From positions 1 through 64,000 of the forward strand of contig JABANN010000110.1 in the NCBI GenBank assembly GCA_013115125.1: 64,000 bases of DNA. Direction: 5' to 3'. A program made the translations under genes and the position numbers. The notes below the pieces were generated by a model. It saw nothing but the letters and a program-made list of their open reading frames with translations. It did no database searches and was not told the origin of the DNA. This DNA is from Perkinsus olseni. Taxonomy: Eukaryota. Each line of letters opens with the position of its first letter. The first letter of the stretch is position 1. Below, in pieces: positions 24,101 through 37,554 of this stretch.

Positions 24101-25813
24101 ACTAGGGAAGTTTTTTCTCTTAAGGGTCCCCTGTGTGTGGAACACATCGGTAGGTCTGAGACCCCGCTAGGCCTCTCCGAGAAAAGCAATCATCAGCCAT
24201 TGCATTCAAGTTGCCGACGGGGTTGGCATGTCACCAACTAATCGCCGACGGCGGCTAACTTTGAACAAAATCGCTCACCAGGTCCGCGATGCTGACTGAA
24301 CATTCCTCTAGAACCTGAACATAGTCGTTATGATGCGCGGGGGTGACAAAAAGGGGACTATCTCCCTTACATGCTCCCCTCCTACGGTGGAGTCGCCGCA
24401 GAGAAGGGCGAGGAAGTCTCTAATTGCGGTAGGCTCGATGTCCACTTTATACCTGCGTCGGGGAGTGTGTGTTAGATTATCGGTCGGAGCACAGCAAGAG
24501 CGAGTTAGACGAGGCCGTACTGCGGAGAGGCAGATATCAAGACCATCGTGCTGAGTCAGTGAAAGGCATTCCGCATGATTCCACGGTCACAATGCCACTC
24601 CGAAGAATCGCTGCTAGCCTACCATTTTCGAAACGCGTTGATAAAGATGGGAGCAGCAACGGCGAAAGCGTCAGAGCCGAAGCTGGCTAGCCAGAATTCT
24701 CGCAAGTCTCCAGTACTGATGAGCGTCAACCTGTGCGGAATGATCAGACCGAACGTTTAACAGGTGAACATCACCCTGAGGGTTCTCCGATAGAGTCCGA
24801 GCCTGTCGTCTCGGTCGCTCCGAGCCCCAACTGAGGAGGAAACATTGTGGTCATTGTGGTTCATTCTAGGTCCTTCGGTGGTAAAGCCGATACGCCGGCC
24901 TTGCCGGCAGGAACGGTCCATGGAGGTTCAGGTATCGATGGGAAATTCACGAATCGGGAATCACCATGAGCGCGAAGAGCTAACCTCTTCATGCGGGATG
25001 CTCGTCGACTGATCCGACCCTTGCAGGCACACAGAGCGCAGTAATCGGTATGCTTCTCGAATATGAACGGCATGTCGACGAATGTTGATGAGGACAGGAG
25101 CTGAGACCGATAAGAGAGACTTGGTCAGGCGAGAGGAGGCTGGCAGGGTGAAGAGAATAAAGATGTGAGAGAAACCTCCGGGCGGTTATTATTGGCGACA
25201 ATAATAACCCTGAGAAGCAACAATTTAGCAGGATTTGGATGTCGGCAGTGGAGACGGCCTAGAGAAAAGGTCGAATGCTTACACATGTTGTCAGTCAACA
25301 GGATGCACTCTCTAGTGGGGCTCTCCGTCAAGTTATGCCGGGACATCTCCAAGAGTAAGTCAACTGCTGCACGAAGGCCGATCAGTGAGTAGTGCAACAA
25401 CTCGAGAGTAATGTGGTACCTGTGGAGGCGCAGGGTCGTGCGATTCTTCGGGCCTTCACCATAGGGTCAGATGAAGGCGTTGGCGACGGCATCGCTACTT
25501 GCTTTTCTTCTTCGGATCCTCCACGGCCTGCCGCATGAAAGCATCGGTTACAATATCCCTCTTCGAGGGATGCAAGATGTTGTTATATACATCCTCAAGA
25601 GTATACCTGTCAACTTAGCCGCACATTGGCCATCATCGGCACTCCCGAGTTGGTGCACCTTATGAAGTCTATAGGAAGCCCACATGTGGTGGAACTACTC
25701 TCGTTAAGAGATACGCTGTTTTTGAGGAGATGCTCAGCCAGCTCGGCAGAGTTACCCATGAGGTCATCGAGCACCTGAGGAGAACGCTCGAGTCCGCACT
25801 GGTCGGTGAGCAT
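21156..25813 (-). CDS. One or more hypothetical multi-exon genes with coiled-coil segments
   Basis: Exon-like pieces flanked by splice sites (e.g. 'KIEEKLVEKRKAQQAADALLAEQ', 'AERSLAILKGRLDEAEEAL', last exon 'IHRAENRLASLQERHRQEKLRKWAPSG*'). No recognisable family; gene boundaries unresolved. Confidence 0.35.
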
Positions 25814-26073
25814 TGAAGCCCCTCAACGCGGCTACGCTACGGCGAATGCTAACCGGCTATGAAACCGGAAACGATGGTAACAAAAGTGAGAGATGTCATG
25901 ACATCTTCACGCAAAGAGAGATAGACTGGATTAGAGATAACGCTTTTGCCAAGGTAGATGGATTCGCTTACTGATTTCAATACGTTCACCATATTTGCGT
26001 CAGTCTGATGTGGTGAGCTCCGCTGCCCTGAGTAAAGACGGCGGATGAATAAACCGGCCCGATGCGGGCCTGC

Positions 26074-29000
26074 TCACCCTGATGAATGCCTGGGCGGTAG
26101 ATGCAGCTTGCCGATTCTGGCTCGCTTGTCGCTACGAACATTGTCATAGTGGCAAGTACAAAAGATGCCCCGAAAGCTGCCTGGGTCAGGTTTGGTCGTG
26201 AACTCCAGTGTCCACCTACACGGTTCCCCCTCCCAGGGACAACTAGACCCGGAGGGTGTCATACCCGAATGAAGCTCATAATCCGTGTTCGGCACTGTGA
26301 ACTCCAGAACCGTAGTGAACTAGTTTCCAAGAACTTGAATAGGGGGTCGCTCATCAGCGAGGTACCCGCAGCTACCTGGGATATGGGTCGGGGGGAACCC
26401 GCCGCGATTCTTGCTTTATTGTTTTCCCGCCTTACTCAATTCGTCAATTTGTCGATCAGGAAGGAAAACTACGGAAATTCCTGTGCTGTAGACGAGGCTA
26501 GCTTTGGCATTCGGTCTGTTCGCGCCAAAGTTTGGCCTATTATCGCGATCTTCGATTCACCCTTGGGGACTTGAGCGCTCGTAGCTTCACAACGCAACAG
26601 GGCAGCGCAGAAGCGCTCATGTGAGGACCTCGACAGAACACAACTCCCCGTTAGCGGGTTCTGCTTTCCATCGCCACACGTCAGCCGTCGGCCTCGTGTT
26701 CTCATCATAGCCACCGAGGACCACGAAGGAGTCGTTACTGAGCTTGGTGAAGGCTGCGTGGTACCTGCATGACGACTTCTCTTCATCCCCACACCCACCC
26801 ACACCGTTTCGTCAGAGGTCCTTCCTGCGTTATCCGCGACCATTGGCCTCCTTCGTAGCACCAGACATCATTGAAGAGCGTCTTGGAGCCGCTTAGCTGC
26901 ACCGATACACCTCTACCCACGATCAGGGTCTCGCTCGACTTTGACGCCTTACCGAAGCCGCCGAATACCACAACCTACGCTTTATAGATCGGGACCACCT
27001 ATTGCGGAATGCAGGGCTTTCCTCAGGACATGCGTCGTGTGATTACAGCGTCAGAGTCCCATTGACCAGGGCTGTACAAGTTGATAGAACTCATGCCGTA
27101 TCTTGGGTCCCAGGGAGCTGCGGCCGAGATTTGCTCCCATGTACCTAACAGTGCGGCAGATGGTGGTAGGCGATGACGGAGAAACTGAAACGTGTCGGCA
27201 AGCTGCAAAAAGATGGGATGTTGTACCGCAGAACGGCCCCCAGCAAGGGTATTTGCACGGCATTCGATGCACTCGCCGCTCGACTTGGGCGGAGAAGCCG
27301 GTTAAACCAAAGAAGATCAAACCCGCACTCTTTATCGATTATGACCGGCTCTCCATTCACTCACAGCTTTGAGATATACCGACCCACCCTTACAGACTAC
27401 GTCTTCATCGCGCGGGACAGGCTGGTCATAGATTGTCAAAACAGGTCAGAATGGAGTGGACATGAAAGAGCGCAAAATGCCATTGCAGAGAGATAGAGAG
27501 GGAGCCCGGGCCCACTAGAGGACTCCGTGATGCCTCCTCAACCCATCAGCCCCACCTTTCCATGCTGTTGTGCAGATCTGTGGCGAAGAGGAGCCCGCTG
27601 ACCACCTCCATATATCGTTGGTAAATGCACCATCGAAGCCTCCAAAGAGTAGCACCTGAGCCAGACCAGTCACAGACCAGCGTTCGCTCGGGAAACTGGC
27701 GATCGAGCCGACGGCGATCGAAGACGAGCTACAAGCCGGAGTAGCGAGCATCAGGCGACCTCACCGAGCCATCCTTGAGTTCAACTGCCGTGGCGCCGCT
27801 CCTCGCCGAGAAAGGTGCCGCTGCGGAGACCGATACCCATTGGCCTTGGATGGAGGGTCTGCACGTCCTCTGACAGAGAGGAGCTAACAAGCGTGATGAG
27901 CGTGAGTTGGTGAGCTCGGCAGAGTATCTTTCCAACACCATGGTTCAAAACGGAGAGGTCGTACGTTGGCACTGATAACTGCATTGCACTCAACCTCAAA
28001 TTGCGCCAGGTATCTGAGGTTAACGAAGGTACGTGACGGCTACTGAGGAAGAAGCCCAGCGGCACTATAGTGGTAAAGCTAAGGGGAGACCACGCCAGTC
28101 CTGATTGGATCACCGGGCTCAGCCATAGCATGCTTAGCGGAGATTTCTCATATTCAAGACCACTGTAATATTGCAAAACCTCGAGTGACGGGAACAGAAG
28201 CGTCGTACTGATTCTCGATCTCGGCTGCATCTTCAACTGCAGGGCTTGCATGGAGGCCCAGACCGGAGGTGTTCGAATGAGGGTAAGCACAGGTGAATGG
28301 AATCCATCGCCATACGTCATTCAAACGCTCATCACCTTCGCCGCCGAATAGCATCACCGTGCCGTCTGATCAGAAGGGAAGAGCAATACAGCACGCGCTA
28401 CTAACCAGCCCTAGCGTTGATTCGACCGCATCTCCGATCTCGAGGCTGCTCACCTCTCATAGCTGTAACCGCAGCTTGGGTTCTCGCCACCCACGGGGCC
28501 TCGGCCACCAGCTGCGTCCACATCCCTGGCTGCAGTGTTATCGTATGCTTCCTTGCCCTTATCGCACCACCCGCCGAGGACGAGCTCCACGGCTCCTGAC
28601 GCAATTCATGAATGACGCCGAGGCCTGGGTATGTCAGTCATGACGACGAGTAGCTGTGGTTATCCTCTTCCTCCTCCTCCTCCCAGCTGACTCTACTTGC
28701 CAAGCCACCCAGTGCGCTGCATTGAGTCCCACGGCTTGCTGTATGGGAGCTCTGGCGGCATCGAGAGTCAGGTTCGTGAGAGCAACCCCTAACGGCTCAC
28801 GATGGACTACATCATGCCTACTGTGGTTAACTGTTACCGTTCAGCCGCAACTGCACCCGCAGCTCAGTCCAAGCGAACTCATAGCCGATATCAAACCATG
28901 TGTCATTCGTGAGCAGGCCGGGGGGCGATCGCCAAGTACCTGGCATGCTAGACGTACACCAGATAGAAGTTATCCGGGACATAGGGCTCAGGCATGACCG

Positions 29001-32000
29001 ACAAAGGGAATTCGACATCCACAGCAGGGGTTTTAGTTTGCACTGTCAAGCCTCGGACTCTAGGCGGGAACGAATAGTTCGAGCCAGCCGGAACTTTAGC
29101 CGGCCATCTCTTTGTGACGATAATAAGGATTCCTTTCGCGCCTGGATCAGAGAGCCCCTACTGGTAACGCAGCCTGATACTTTGACACTCCCATCCAGTG
29201 ATGAACGAAGCTCAACCTACACGTGGGAAATGGATGAGGGCACGACAAGGGACCCCACTAGGATTCCACTGAATGCTGCCCAGCAGTCACACTGCATCTA
29301 CGCGTAGAACGACTAACGACGTAGCAACAGATAGCATTTACTGGATACTGATAGTTTATAATTTTACATATGATATTCCATCGACAAGCACATGCCATAC
29401 TTTACAATATACGGCATGTGATACTATATCCCGTCCGCTAATCTGGAATGCATCACTAGTGTGGTTAAGCCCATGGTACGGCCTTGAGTGTCGGGGCGAA
29501 CTGACTCCCCTACAGGGGTAATAGCAGATACCAGGAGACGGCTCGTCTCACTGTGCAGTTAGGGGAGGATATCTCCAGCCGCAACAGCAACGCATCCATG
29601 CTCTCGCCCGATACCCTGAGCGAACGGTGGAGGAGTGTAGGACTCTGGAAAGGGAAAAAGACGCCCGCAACGAAGCCGCTAGGAAAATTACCGTCAAGTG
29701 AAGGAAGCCGAGAGTCGATACGAAACGATGAGAATCGTAGCATACGATCATCAATGGCCGCCGCCGGCGCCAACGATATCAGTATCCGAGTTGCCCGGAG
29801 AGACTCGCTCCTCATTCACAGATGGATCATCATTTCATAATAATAATTGGCAAGAGCCTCGTACATAATCTGAGTCTCGAGTGCTCTACAGCGTCGCCAG
29901 TCCTCATCGATCGCTAGGCGCCGTCCTACAGGGCCCAAGTCTGTTACGCCTGAGCTAGCGGCAAAGCTCGTGGTCAACGGAGATGCAGCACCCACACTCG
30001 ATGAACCCATCATCCAGGCTGCACCCTCTGGGGGACACTCCCACCAGTCGTGAGAGATGCAAGGCTATCTGAGGAGGATGAGAGTAAGGGATACGCCAGA
30101 GCCAACTAAGATTTTGATCGCGAAGCTCACAGCCAGGGAATAAATTGGTATTGAGATGCCGCAAGGGTTGATGGATACTCTGAAGGAGGGGGCGCACCGG
30201 TAGTTGGCGTCGTAGCGGCTTCCTCGTCCACATCCACACATCCTTCATCATCTCACCAGCGGACCCAGCTAGAAGCATGACCTGCATGAACCCAATCTTC
30301 AGCCTTCAGTGGAGGATAAGCTCTAGTGTCCCGAAGTGAGACATGGACCTACCCGATCATCGTCGACGCTCTCTGTATGCACCCGAACGGCACTGTGACC
30401 TAGTCGCGGCTGCCACGGTACTTCTCCCGACGGCAAAACTAGCTTCTTCCAGCTACCTCCATGGGGATCGTACGAGTCGGGCGGACCGATCTCTCGGGTA
30501 ACTACATCGGAGGAGGGAGGAGATTCGACAAACGGCATTGATCTCGCTAAGCTAGGAGAAGATACCACGTTCGAGTGTACACTCAGATTGGAACTAGCGC
30601 TGCTGCTCTGACCGCGACGCCACTAAAAATCGCACTGTGGCTGAGAGTAATCGGGAACGCTGTGTTCGGGTTCTTCAAAATTCATACGAATGCTCAGCTG
30701 TTGCGGGCTCATCCGTTAAGTGGGTTGAGTCGTCCCACTCACGCTCATCATAGGCTTGGCTGTCGTTATGGGACGGGCGCCACAACCAGTTGTCGTTGGT
30801 CCGTGAAGTTGTATCAAAACCGCCTAAGATATCCTTATCCGCGAACCACGCTCGCAGCAGCAGCCGTTGTTACCCAGTAGAAGTATCGCACCGTCACCGA
30901 GAGTGACCGCTTGTGATTGGGAGCGTGGGGTAGCGGGGAAGGCTGTAGAGATCTGAGGAAGCATCCCAACTTGATAGTAGTTGGGGTGCTGATTGAATCA
31001 AGAACTCTCTCTAGTTCTGCGCTCTTCCCACATTTCTACTAAGCTCGAGACAACCACGAGAGGACGACACCTGAACTTCTGGGATTGTCCGTCCAGAGGG
31101 CGAAGCCGTACAGGATGGGGCACTCAGTGTTCACCTGCGTCCACTGAGGCTCGCATGCATCGATGTCAGTGAGTAGAACTCCTTCGACACATCTCAATTT
31201 GATGATGCCACGATAGTTCTCATTGACTGACCCGCAGAGTCTCTCGCCTAACAACAGGAGGCGCGCTACTCCGCACTGGACTTTCCGCTCACTTGGCGGG
31301 TTCATCGATACTGTTTCTTGCCTAGTTTCGCATTCGGCAGCAAGTTACAGAAAATTTGGTATCCTTAAAATACCCGAAATAACGCATACATGTCTCTATC
31401 AAACTTTTTCACCCGGGCCTTGTGTTTTCCGCATCCCAGCAGAGCAATAAACCGCCATGGATGAGGCAGAGCTGGCGAGAGGAGACGAGTGTACCATAAA
31501 CTAGTTGTGGCGTAGCCGAGGTGTCGTCCCAAGGGCTAGAGCTGACCAACTCGAATGGAGGCGTAATAGTGCCAGTGACGGGGCCTAGGGTGATGGACGT
31601 AGTTCTGTATACACCACAGGGCTGGCCTGTCACATGAGGAGTGATACCATCCGTGCTATAGCGAACAGCGCCTGGCGCCTCACCGGTGCAGTTGACCACT
31701 GCGCTGAGGATGCCGTTCGCACAGCGTAGCATCACAAGCCCTGTCCAGCCCTCCTTGACACTCGAACACTGACGGCCTTGTGACTGGCCTGAGGATGGAT
31801 GAGCGTCGGATGTGCTCGTTCACCTGTATATTTGAGGGAGCCACCAAGACTCGGCTGAGGCTGTCGCACGCCTAGGAACTCGTGGGCAGGGGCATGCCGA
31901 GCTGAAGCTGGCCAGTGGCCACAGCTCACCATGGAGGAGCTCATTGGTCGCTGATATATAGGCTGGGACGCCACCAACGGTTACATTGACGGCAAGGGAG

Positions 32001-32092
32001 GTCGGGCAGGGCAACTCAGCACTGTGAATGGGAGGGATGGAGTGCAGGAGGAGGAGAAGGCAGAGGATCTTGAGGTTGAGAGGGCCGGTCAT
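26074..32092 (-). CDS. Large secreted/surface Kelch-like (galactose-oxidase-type) repeat protein (multi-exon)
   Basis: Signal peptide 'MTGPLNLKILCLLLLLHSIPPIHSA'. Recurrent 'APW.[P/A]R...' and 'LLFGG.......DVW.W' motifs near 30400-30230, 28490-28310, 27830-27600, 27120-26860 and 26760-26670. The 3' end is uncertain (26074-26617). Confidence 0.65.
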
Positions 32093-32235
32093 GATTAACC
32101 CCACAATGGTTCGATGGAAAGCAAGCTCTGATACGACGAAAGTGATCGGCTGAATTTCTCGCTTCAAATGCTGGTCTCGACGCTCCGGACACAGAGAGCA
32201 TCTTGTCCAAGGATTACGCTGCTTAGAGAAGTTTG

Positions 32236-32322
32236 ATGATTCTCGCGGCGGAGTCAATTTGCACATGATTCTCGCGGCGGAGTCAATTTGCACATGATTC
32301 TCGCGGCGGGGTCAATTTGCAC
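32236..32322 (+). repeat. 29-bp tandem repeat x3
   Basis: ATGATTCTCGCGGCGGAGTCAATTTGCAC at 32236, 32265 and 32294 (one mismatch in copy 3), with no spacers. Confidence 0.95.
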
Positions 32323-32568
32323 ACGACTCTCACGCAATAGCGTTCCGCGGCCCATCCTCGGCTCATTTGCGTTAGGCGGGGTCAGGGAAGAACAGACCCC
32401 TCAAACTCAGAAAACATAAGCCTTCCAATAGGTCTGGGGGCTGTTCGAGGGTAAGGGTCGGGCCTGCGGTCGCCGCCGTGGCGGCATTCATGCTGTTCTG
32501 CGTCTCGTGCTCGTTTTCATTCACACGGTACAACACGAGATGACCAGTCCAGATGGAAACGTTACACT

Positions 32569-34777
32569 CTAGTGAGACGCCTCTGCGTTACTCCGTTCCA
32601 CGAGCTTCTGCCGGTACCTGAGTATGACGAGGTCGAAGCAGCAAGTAGCACAGAGAGCCGGCCCTACAGGAACTCATCAGCCCAGATAGGTTTGTACGGA
32701 TCAGGGCCACTGGCGCCTGGCTGCCGAGCCATATTAACTCTGAAGATAAGAACAGCATACCGTGGACGACGCCACGACGGATAGATCAACAATGCTGATA
32801 GGGTAACTGGCGATGGTACATTCCTGAGATCCTAAGATATTAGTATTGGATACTTATTTTACCTCATATTAGGATTATATATATTATGCCATGATTATTC
32901 TATTAAATAAATATTTTACAATACCTTGATAAAAATTACTATCTGGTTTATTGCTAATAAATATTACAGATTACATAGAGATTAATACAATCTGCATTTC
33001 TTTGTATATCTACATTTCTAACAACGCAATGTATGCTGCGGATTCACCATACACGCAGGAACGCCTCGTAGTGTACACGATCATACGGTATTTCTCAACT
33101 CAACTTCTCGACGACATACAGATGTCTCTCAGCTCGCCGAGAGAAACCCTATGGCCAACGAAATTCTTATCCGTGCGGCGGCTGCTACCCTTCAGATTGC
33201 GAATCTTAGGTCGAAGCTGGCCTACCGCAGTGTGCGGCCGTATAACTCGCTCTCGTTCATATTGTCCACTGCATCTTTGGCATCCCCTTCCTCATAGAAC
33301 TCCACGAACGCAAACCTGAAATACGGCGCTACGGATTCAAAAAGGAATCTTATCCATCCGTGTTGCGCAAGCATGACCTGCGTACGACGGCTGAGCGGAA
33401 GACGCTATCGAATCAGAGGGGCAGCAGACTACCGAAAAGGTACAGCGCGTAAGCACGAAAAGGATGTTCGTAAAGAGGACTGCACAATGCCGAGTCCGTA
33501 GAGGACGGGGATCGGAAGGCAAAGTAAACGTAGAAACGCATCGCTGGGCTGCGCGAGCACCTAGGGCCACTCGGGTGCCAATCCGAGCGATTCGATTGAT
33601 GATTCAATGGTCCTACACGACAGCGTTGATGAGGTCAACCAACACACGAAACAAGTCCTTACTCCCGAAATACAGCGACATTAGTGCACCCCCGAGGATG
33701 TCAGAATGACGTATGAAATCTGTGACGGCGATACCGCCTTCTCGCATCCGTGTGCGATTCATGTTGTTGTAGACATGGATCTCATATCCAGACAAGTTGC
33801 CCCCCCAGAGCGGTACATGGTTTTAAGCGGAGAAGTGTCGGCGAAGAGGCACTGCATTCCCCCCTTTACTACCCTCGATGCTTGTTTGTACCCCGCTCAA
33901 CTGGCAGCTCGACCTTCTTGATCTCACCAAACGCTGAAAACAAGGCCCACAGTGGCGCCAGAGGGCGCTTCCCGCATCATTCATATGACGAACCCGATAC
34001 CTATTTACGATGAAAATTCCCTAACAGATCTCCTCTAGGGCAGCCTGGACGCTCTGGCACTGTGTTCAGCGTCAAAGTACCGAACTCAGGGCTCGCACTG
34101 GAAGGTTGCAGAAGGGCGAACACCCTCAATGGCATACGGGCAATGATGATGAAGTCGGCGTGCCGAGACATCGGCTTTTCGGAGACGGTTATGGATGGGA
34201 TTTTTTTCGATCTCGCAATGACACAGGGTGTCCCACCATAAAGGACAAACTTTGCAACCATTGCCATTAAGGGAGGTTGCGTAGGCGTTCTCGATGCTGC
34301 TGAACAAGATGGCACGGTCGGCGAAGCGAAGTTTGCGAAATAATTCCTCTCACTATATTGCTCTGTCCTCACTGAAATCGACTCATCCTTATGATCCCGT
34401 TTTCCCAAAAGCGTGGGGCTGTGGCCACAGTGAAAATGTTCAGAAATGAGCGAATCTCGCCATGCCGACGACTTAGTTGGATCAGCGACATCGAAAACCC
34501 CCTACGCAACCTCCCCTAAACCACAAACCCCAATGGATAAAAATTTCGCCCTTTCTAGTGGGACACTCTGTAGTTGAAGGCCCTTTGGGTTGATTCCGAC
34601 GGCGAAGTGATGACCACAAAGAGCCACGAAGATTCGGCCAGCGTCCTCATCACTACTACTTTGAAAAGCGGCCATGACGACAGTTTTGTCAACTTGCTCC
34701 TCCAGGCCGCCGACGTAGACCGTCCGAGCCATCTGGTCCACGGAGCTGCCACCAGGTGCCGCTGATGCGAGAGCCAT
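32569..34777 (-). CDS. PPIE/cyclophilin-33-type RRM protein lacking the PPIase domain (5 exons)
   Basis: Spliced product 'RTVYVGGLEEQVDKTVVMAAFQTFGEIKKVELPVERGTNKHRGFAFVEFYEEGDAKDAVDNMNESELYGRTLRVNMAR...KPIWADEFLYRQKL...SH*'. Confidence 0.88.
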
Positions 34778-35219
34778 GTCTAATAACAGCAGACAGCAGC
34801 TGACAGCAACAACAGAAGAGAATAGACAGAGTTTTCATGCAATTTGCACGAAACCTTCTTTGAAAATTTCAGACGATTATCTGTGGAAGCGTCTCACGAG
34901 TTTCAAGAGTTTCTCGGCAGTAAATCGAACGTGCAAATGAGGACACTCCTGAGAGCGTTATTGAAGGTCGGGGAAGATCGTTTAATAGGGATCCTGACTA
35001 TCGTGGCTCACGTTCATCGCGGGCGTGCTGATAAAGGGTGGTCGATGCGCTCTGAGTCTTACTACCGATATCTGGGTAGGGGTAAGCGTAGCAATTGCCG
35101 TAACTATCGGCTAAGCCGGCACGTGTGTTATAGAACAGAAATGTGGGTAGAAACGGTCCCTACTGGGGTTCGACCCTGCGTGTATTGACTGGAGCAGCTT
35201 CGCTTTACCACAGTAGTAC

Positions 35220-37450
35220 ATGTACGGCGGTAGCGGTAGCAGGAGCGGCTACAGCCCGCATGAGCATCTATTCTCGAGACTAGCGGGTATCTACCCCAAC
35301 CTACCCCGACTACGACAAGACATAACCAGCCTCTTGCAGACCATTCAATCACTCCGCCCCAACGTTGGTGCGTAGTACCACAACTTCCCCTTCTCCTGGC
35401 CACTCGCCCTCCTCAGGTGTATTCGGCAGCGGCCGGAATCAAGTACAGCTGTTCTACCTGTACGGCACTGTGCCGATAGTTTTCTCGGGTGCTACATACA
35501 ACATTCCAATGACTGTATACTTCGGTAAGCACCACTCACGCCGTCTTGTAACGAGGATGCCCTCCACCCTCCCTTCAGATCCTCCCTACCCGTCGGTCCC
35601 TCCTCGATGTTTTGTTTCTCCCACAGCGGGCATGTCCATTAAGCCCAGGCATCAGCATGTGGACCATAATGGTATGGTCTACCTGCCCTACCTCAATACC
35701 TGGAGCCCGTATTCAAGTACACTACCGGAGCTCGTCACAATAATAGCAAGTACTGCGGAGGGAGTTTCAAAACTTCGTGAACAACTTTGAATTCTCAAAT
35801 TTTCTCAACGACCGACCGTATGGAACTGCCACTTGGTAACTTTATTGTGCTTTCACAAAAGCAGATCGCTACCGTTTTGTCTGAGACCCGGCTCGTCGCC
35901 TTTGGGTCACCGAGAATAGCAGTCGGGTGTGACAGGCACATTCTCTGCGGATCCCCCGGTCTACAGCACAGGTCCTCCACAACAACAGCAACAGCAGCAG
36001 CAGCCACAGCCGCAGACGGTACTATCAGATTTGCATCGATTTCGTGTATGTTATGGGACCTTGATAACAGATACGCCCCGTCAACGGGCCAACGGCGACT
36101 GGAGGAATCGGTCAGCCAGCAGCATCGAAGGTAGTAGGTTCTTCTCCGTAGTGACCTTTGTCATCCTCGATTGCAGCGCCTCTGTAGTTGATACACTGTT
36201 AGCTTGTCTCGCGCAGCAGGATTGACAGGACCGCGGCTGCCGTGGCTGCCGTGGCTCAGGTTCAGCCCTCTGGAGTCGTTCAGAATTCCTCAGGAAGTGC
36301 TGTTGGTAATGACCGACGACAAAGCGCCTATGCTGCGAAGCTCCGCTTGCAGGAGGTACTATAATAGGGCGATTCGAATCCGCATCGCTCCGCCTCTGTG
36401 AAAGTGGAGAATATTCTCGAGGCCTGGAAAATTGGAATGCAATCGCTACGAGGCGAGCTTGCCATTGTGAACGATGAAATGCGCCATGGTGTGGTTGATT
36501 AGGTCGAGGATCGTACCACGGAAATGATCGAGAAGACCCGAGAGTATAACCTTGCTCGAGAGACAGCGGCCACAGCAGTGAAGGAGGTAGTATCTTGGGG
36601 GCGGCTGTGGTAGACCGCTACCCTAGTCTGTAGTCTAAGGAATTCATTATGGCGAGCTGATTAGCGTGCAACCTGCGTAGGGCGGCGGCATCTGTCGGGA
36701 ACATTGTATGGTAAAGGTGACTTCATATATCGGACAGGGGAAGTTGTGTGTGTTGCTTGCTCTCCACTGTAACCTTTCGCTCTGTTCTCACAGGCCCAAG
36801 TATGGCTAGCAGGCCCTAAGTCGACGGCTAGCACTGATTCTACCAATGCTGATGAGCAAGAGAGCAAGCTCAAGTCGGAGCTTGGAGCGCAGGTAGTAGG
36901 GGAAGCAGCTGGCAGATGACTTGCTGATTTCTATTGACAGGTGTTGGAGTTGGTGGAGGAGGATTGCTCCTTAGATGAGTGGCTGCTTGGGTTGGATGAT
37001 GCTTTGAAGTAGTAGGGATGGATGCCATCGGTCAACGGCTAGAAGCTGTGGATAATACATCGGCGAGCCTCGGCTTATCGTGGCTAAGGGCGATCCTTCG
37101 GAACGTCGTACAACCCAGTGCTTTTGGCCAGAAATGGCTTCGCCGCAATTTACTTGAAAGATCGATCATCGAGTAGCATTTCAATCTTTGCTGATCTGCG
37201 AGGACCCCTGATGGGAGGACAGTGTGGATAGTCTCACACTCGCGTCCATCGATTAGCCTGTGTTCGGTGCTTACAGTAGGGAGGAGCTATGATGGTCAGT
37301 GCCGCTGGTGATGGAGACATCAGGTCCAACTCGATCGATATCGAAGCGTATCTTCGGGAAATAAGGTCGACATCTAGGAAGCAGTTTGAGGTTCGGGCGT
37401 TGAGGCAAAAAGCCGTCACGCAGTTGCAAGCGGCTATTATATACAAGTAA
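35220..37450 (+). CDS. VPS23: ESCRT-I subunit Vps23/TSG101 (multi-exon)
   Basis: UEV domain 'LYGTVPIVFSGATYNIPM...YPSVPPRCFVSPT...HVDHNGMVYLPYLNTW...FSADPPVY', Q-rich linker, SB box 'IDIEAYLREIRSTSRKQFEVRAL'. Confidence 0.9.
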
Positions 37451-37554
37451 GTCTGGGGGGGGGCTCTCTTACATTCCGGCGGCGGTGCACCGTCGCATTC
37501 TGCGGCTTATTCGCTACACTCACCGAGTGTAAGGGTTGTGGTAATCGTAGTCCG

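Noticed and set aside
32236-32322. 29-bp repeats as a CRISPR array
   Set aside because: Head-to-tail copies with no spacers, no cas genes, eukaryotic context.
34502-34777. Truncated RRM fused to unrelated sequence (chimera)
   Set aside because: The rest of the RRM is found in downstream exons; it is an ordinary spliced gene.
34841-34850. ATTTGC[A/G] as a general promoter motif (also near 17322, 25993, 57075, 60814)
   Set aside because: The hexamer also occurs inside genes and is expected many times by chance in 64 kb; enrichment cannot be shown by eye.
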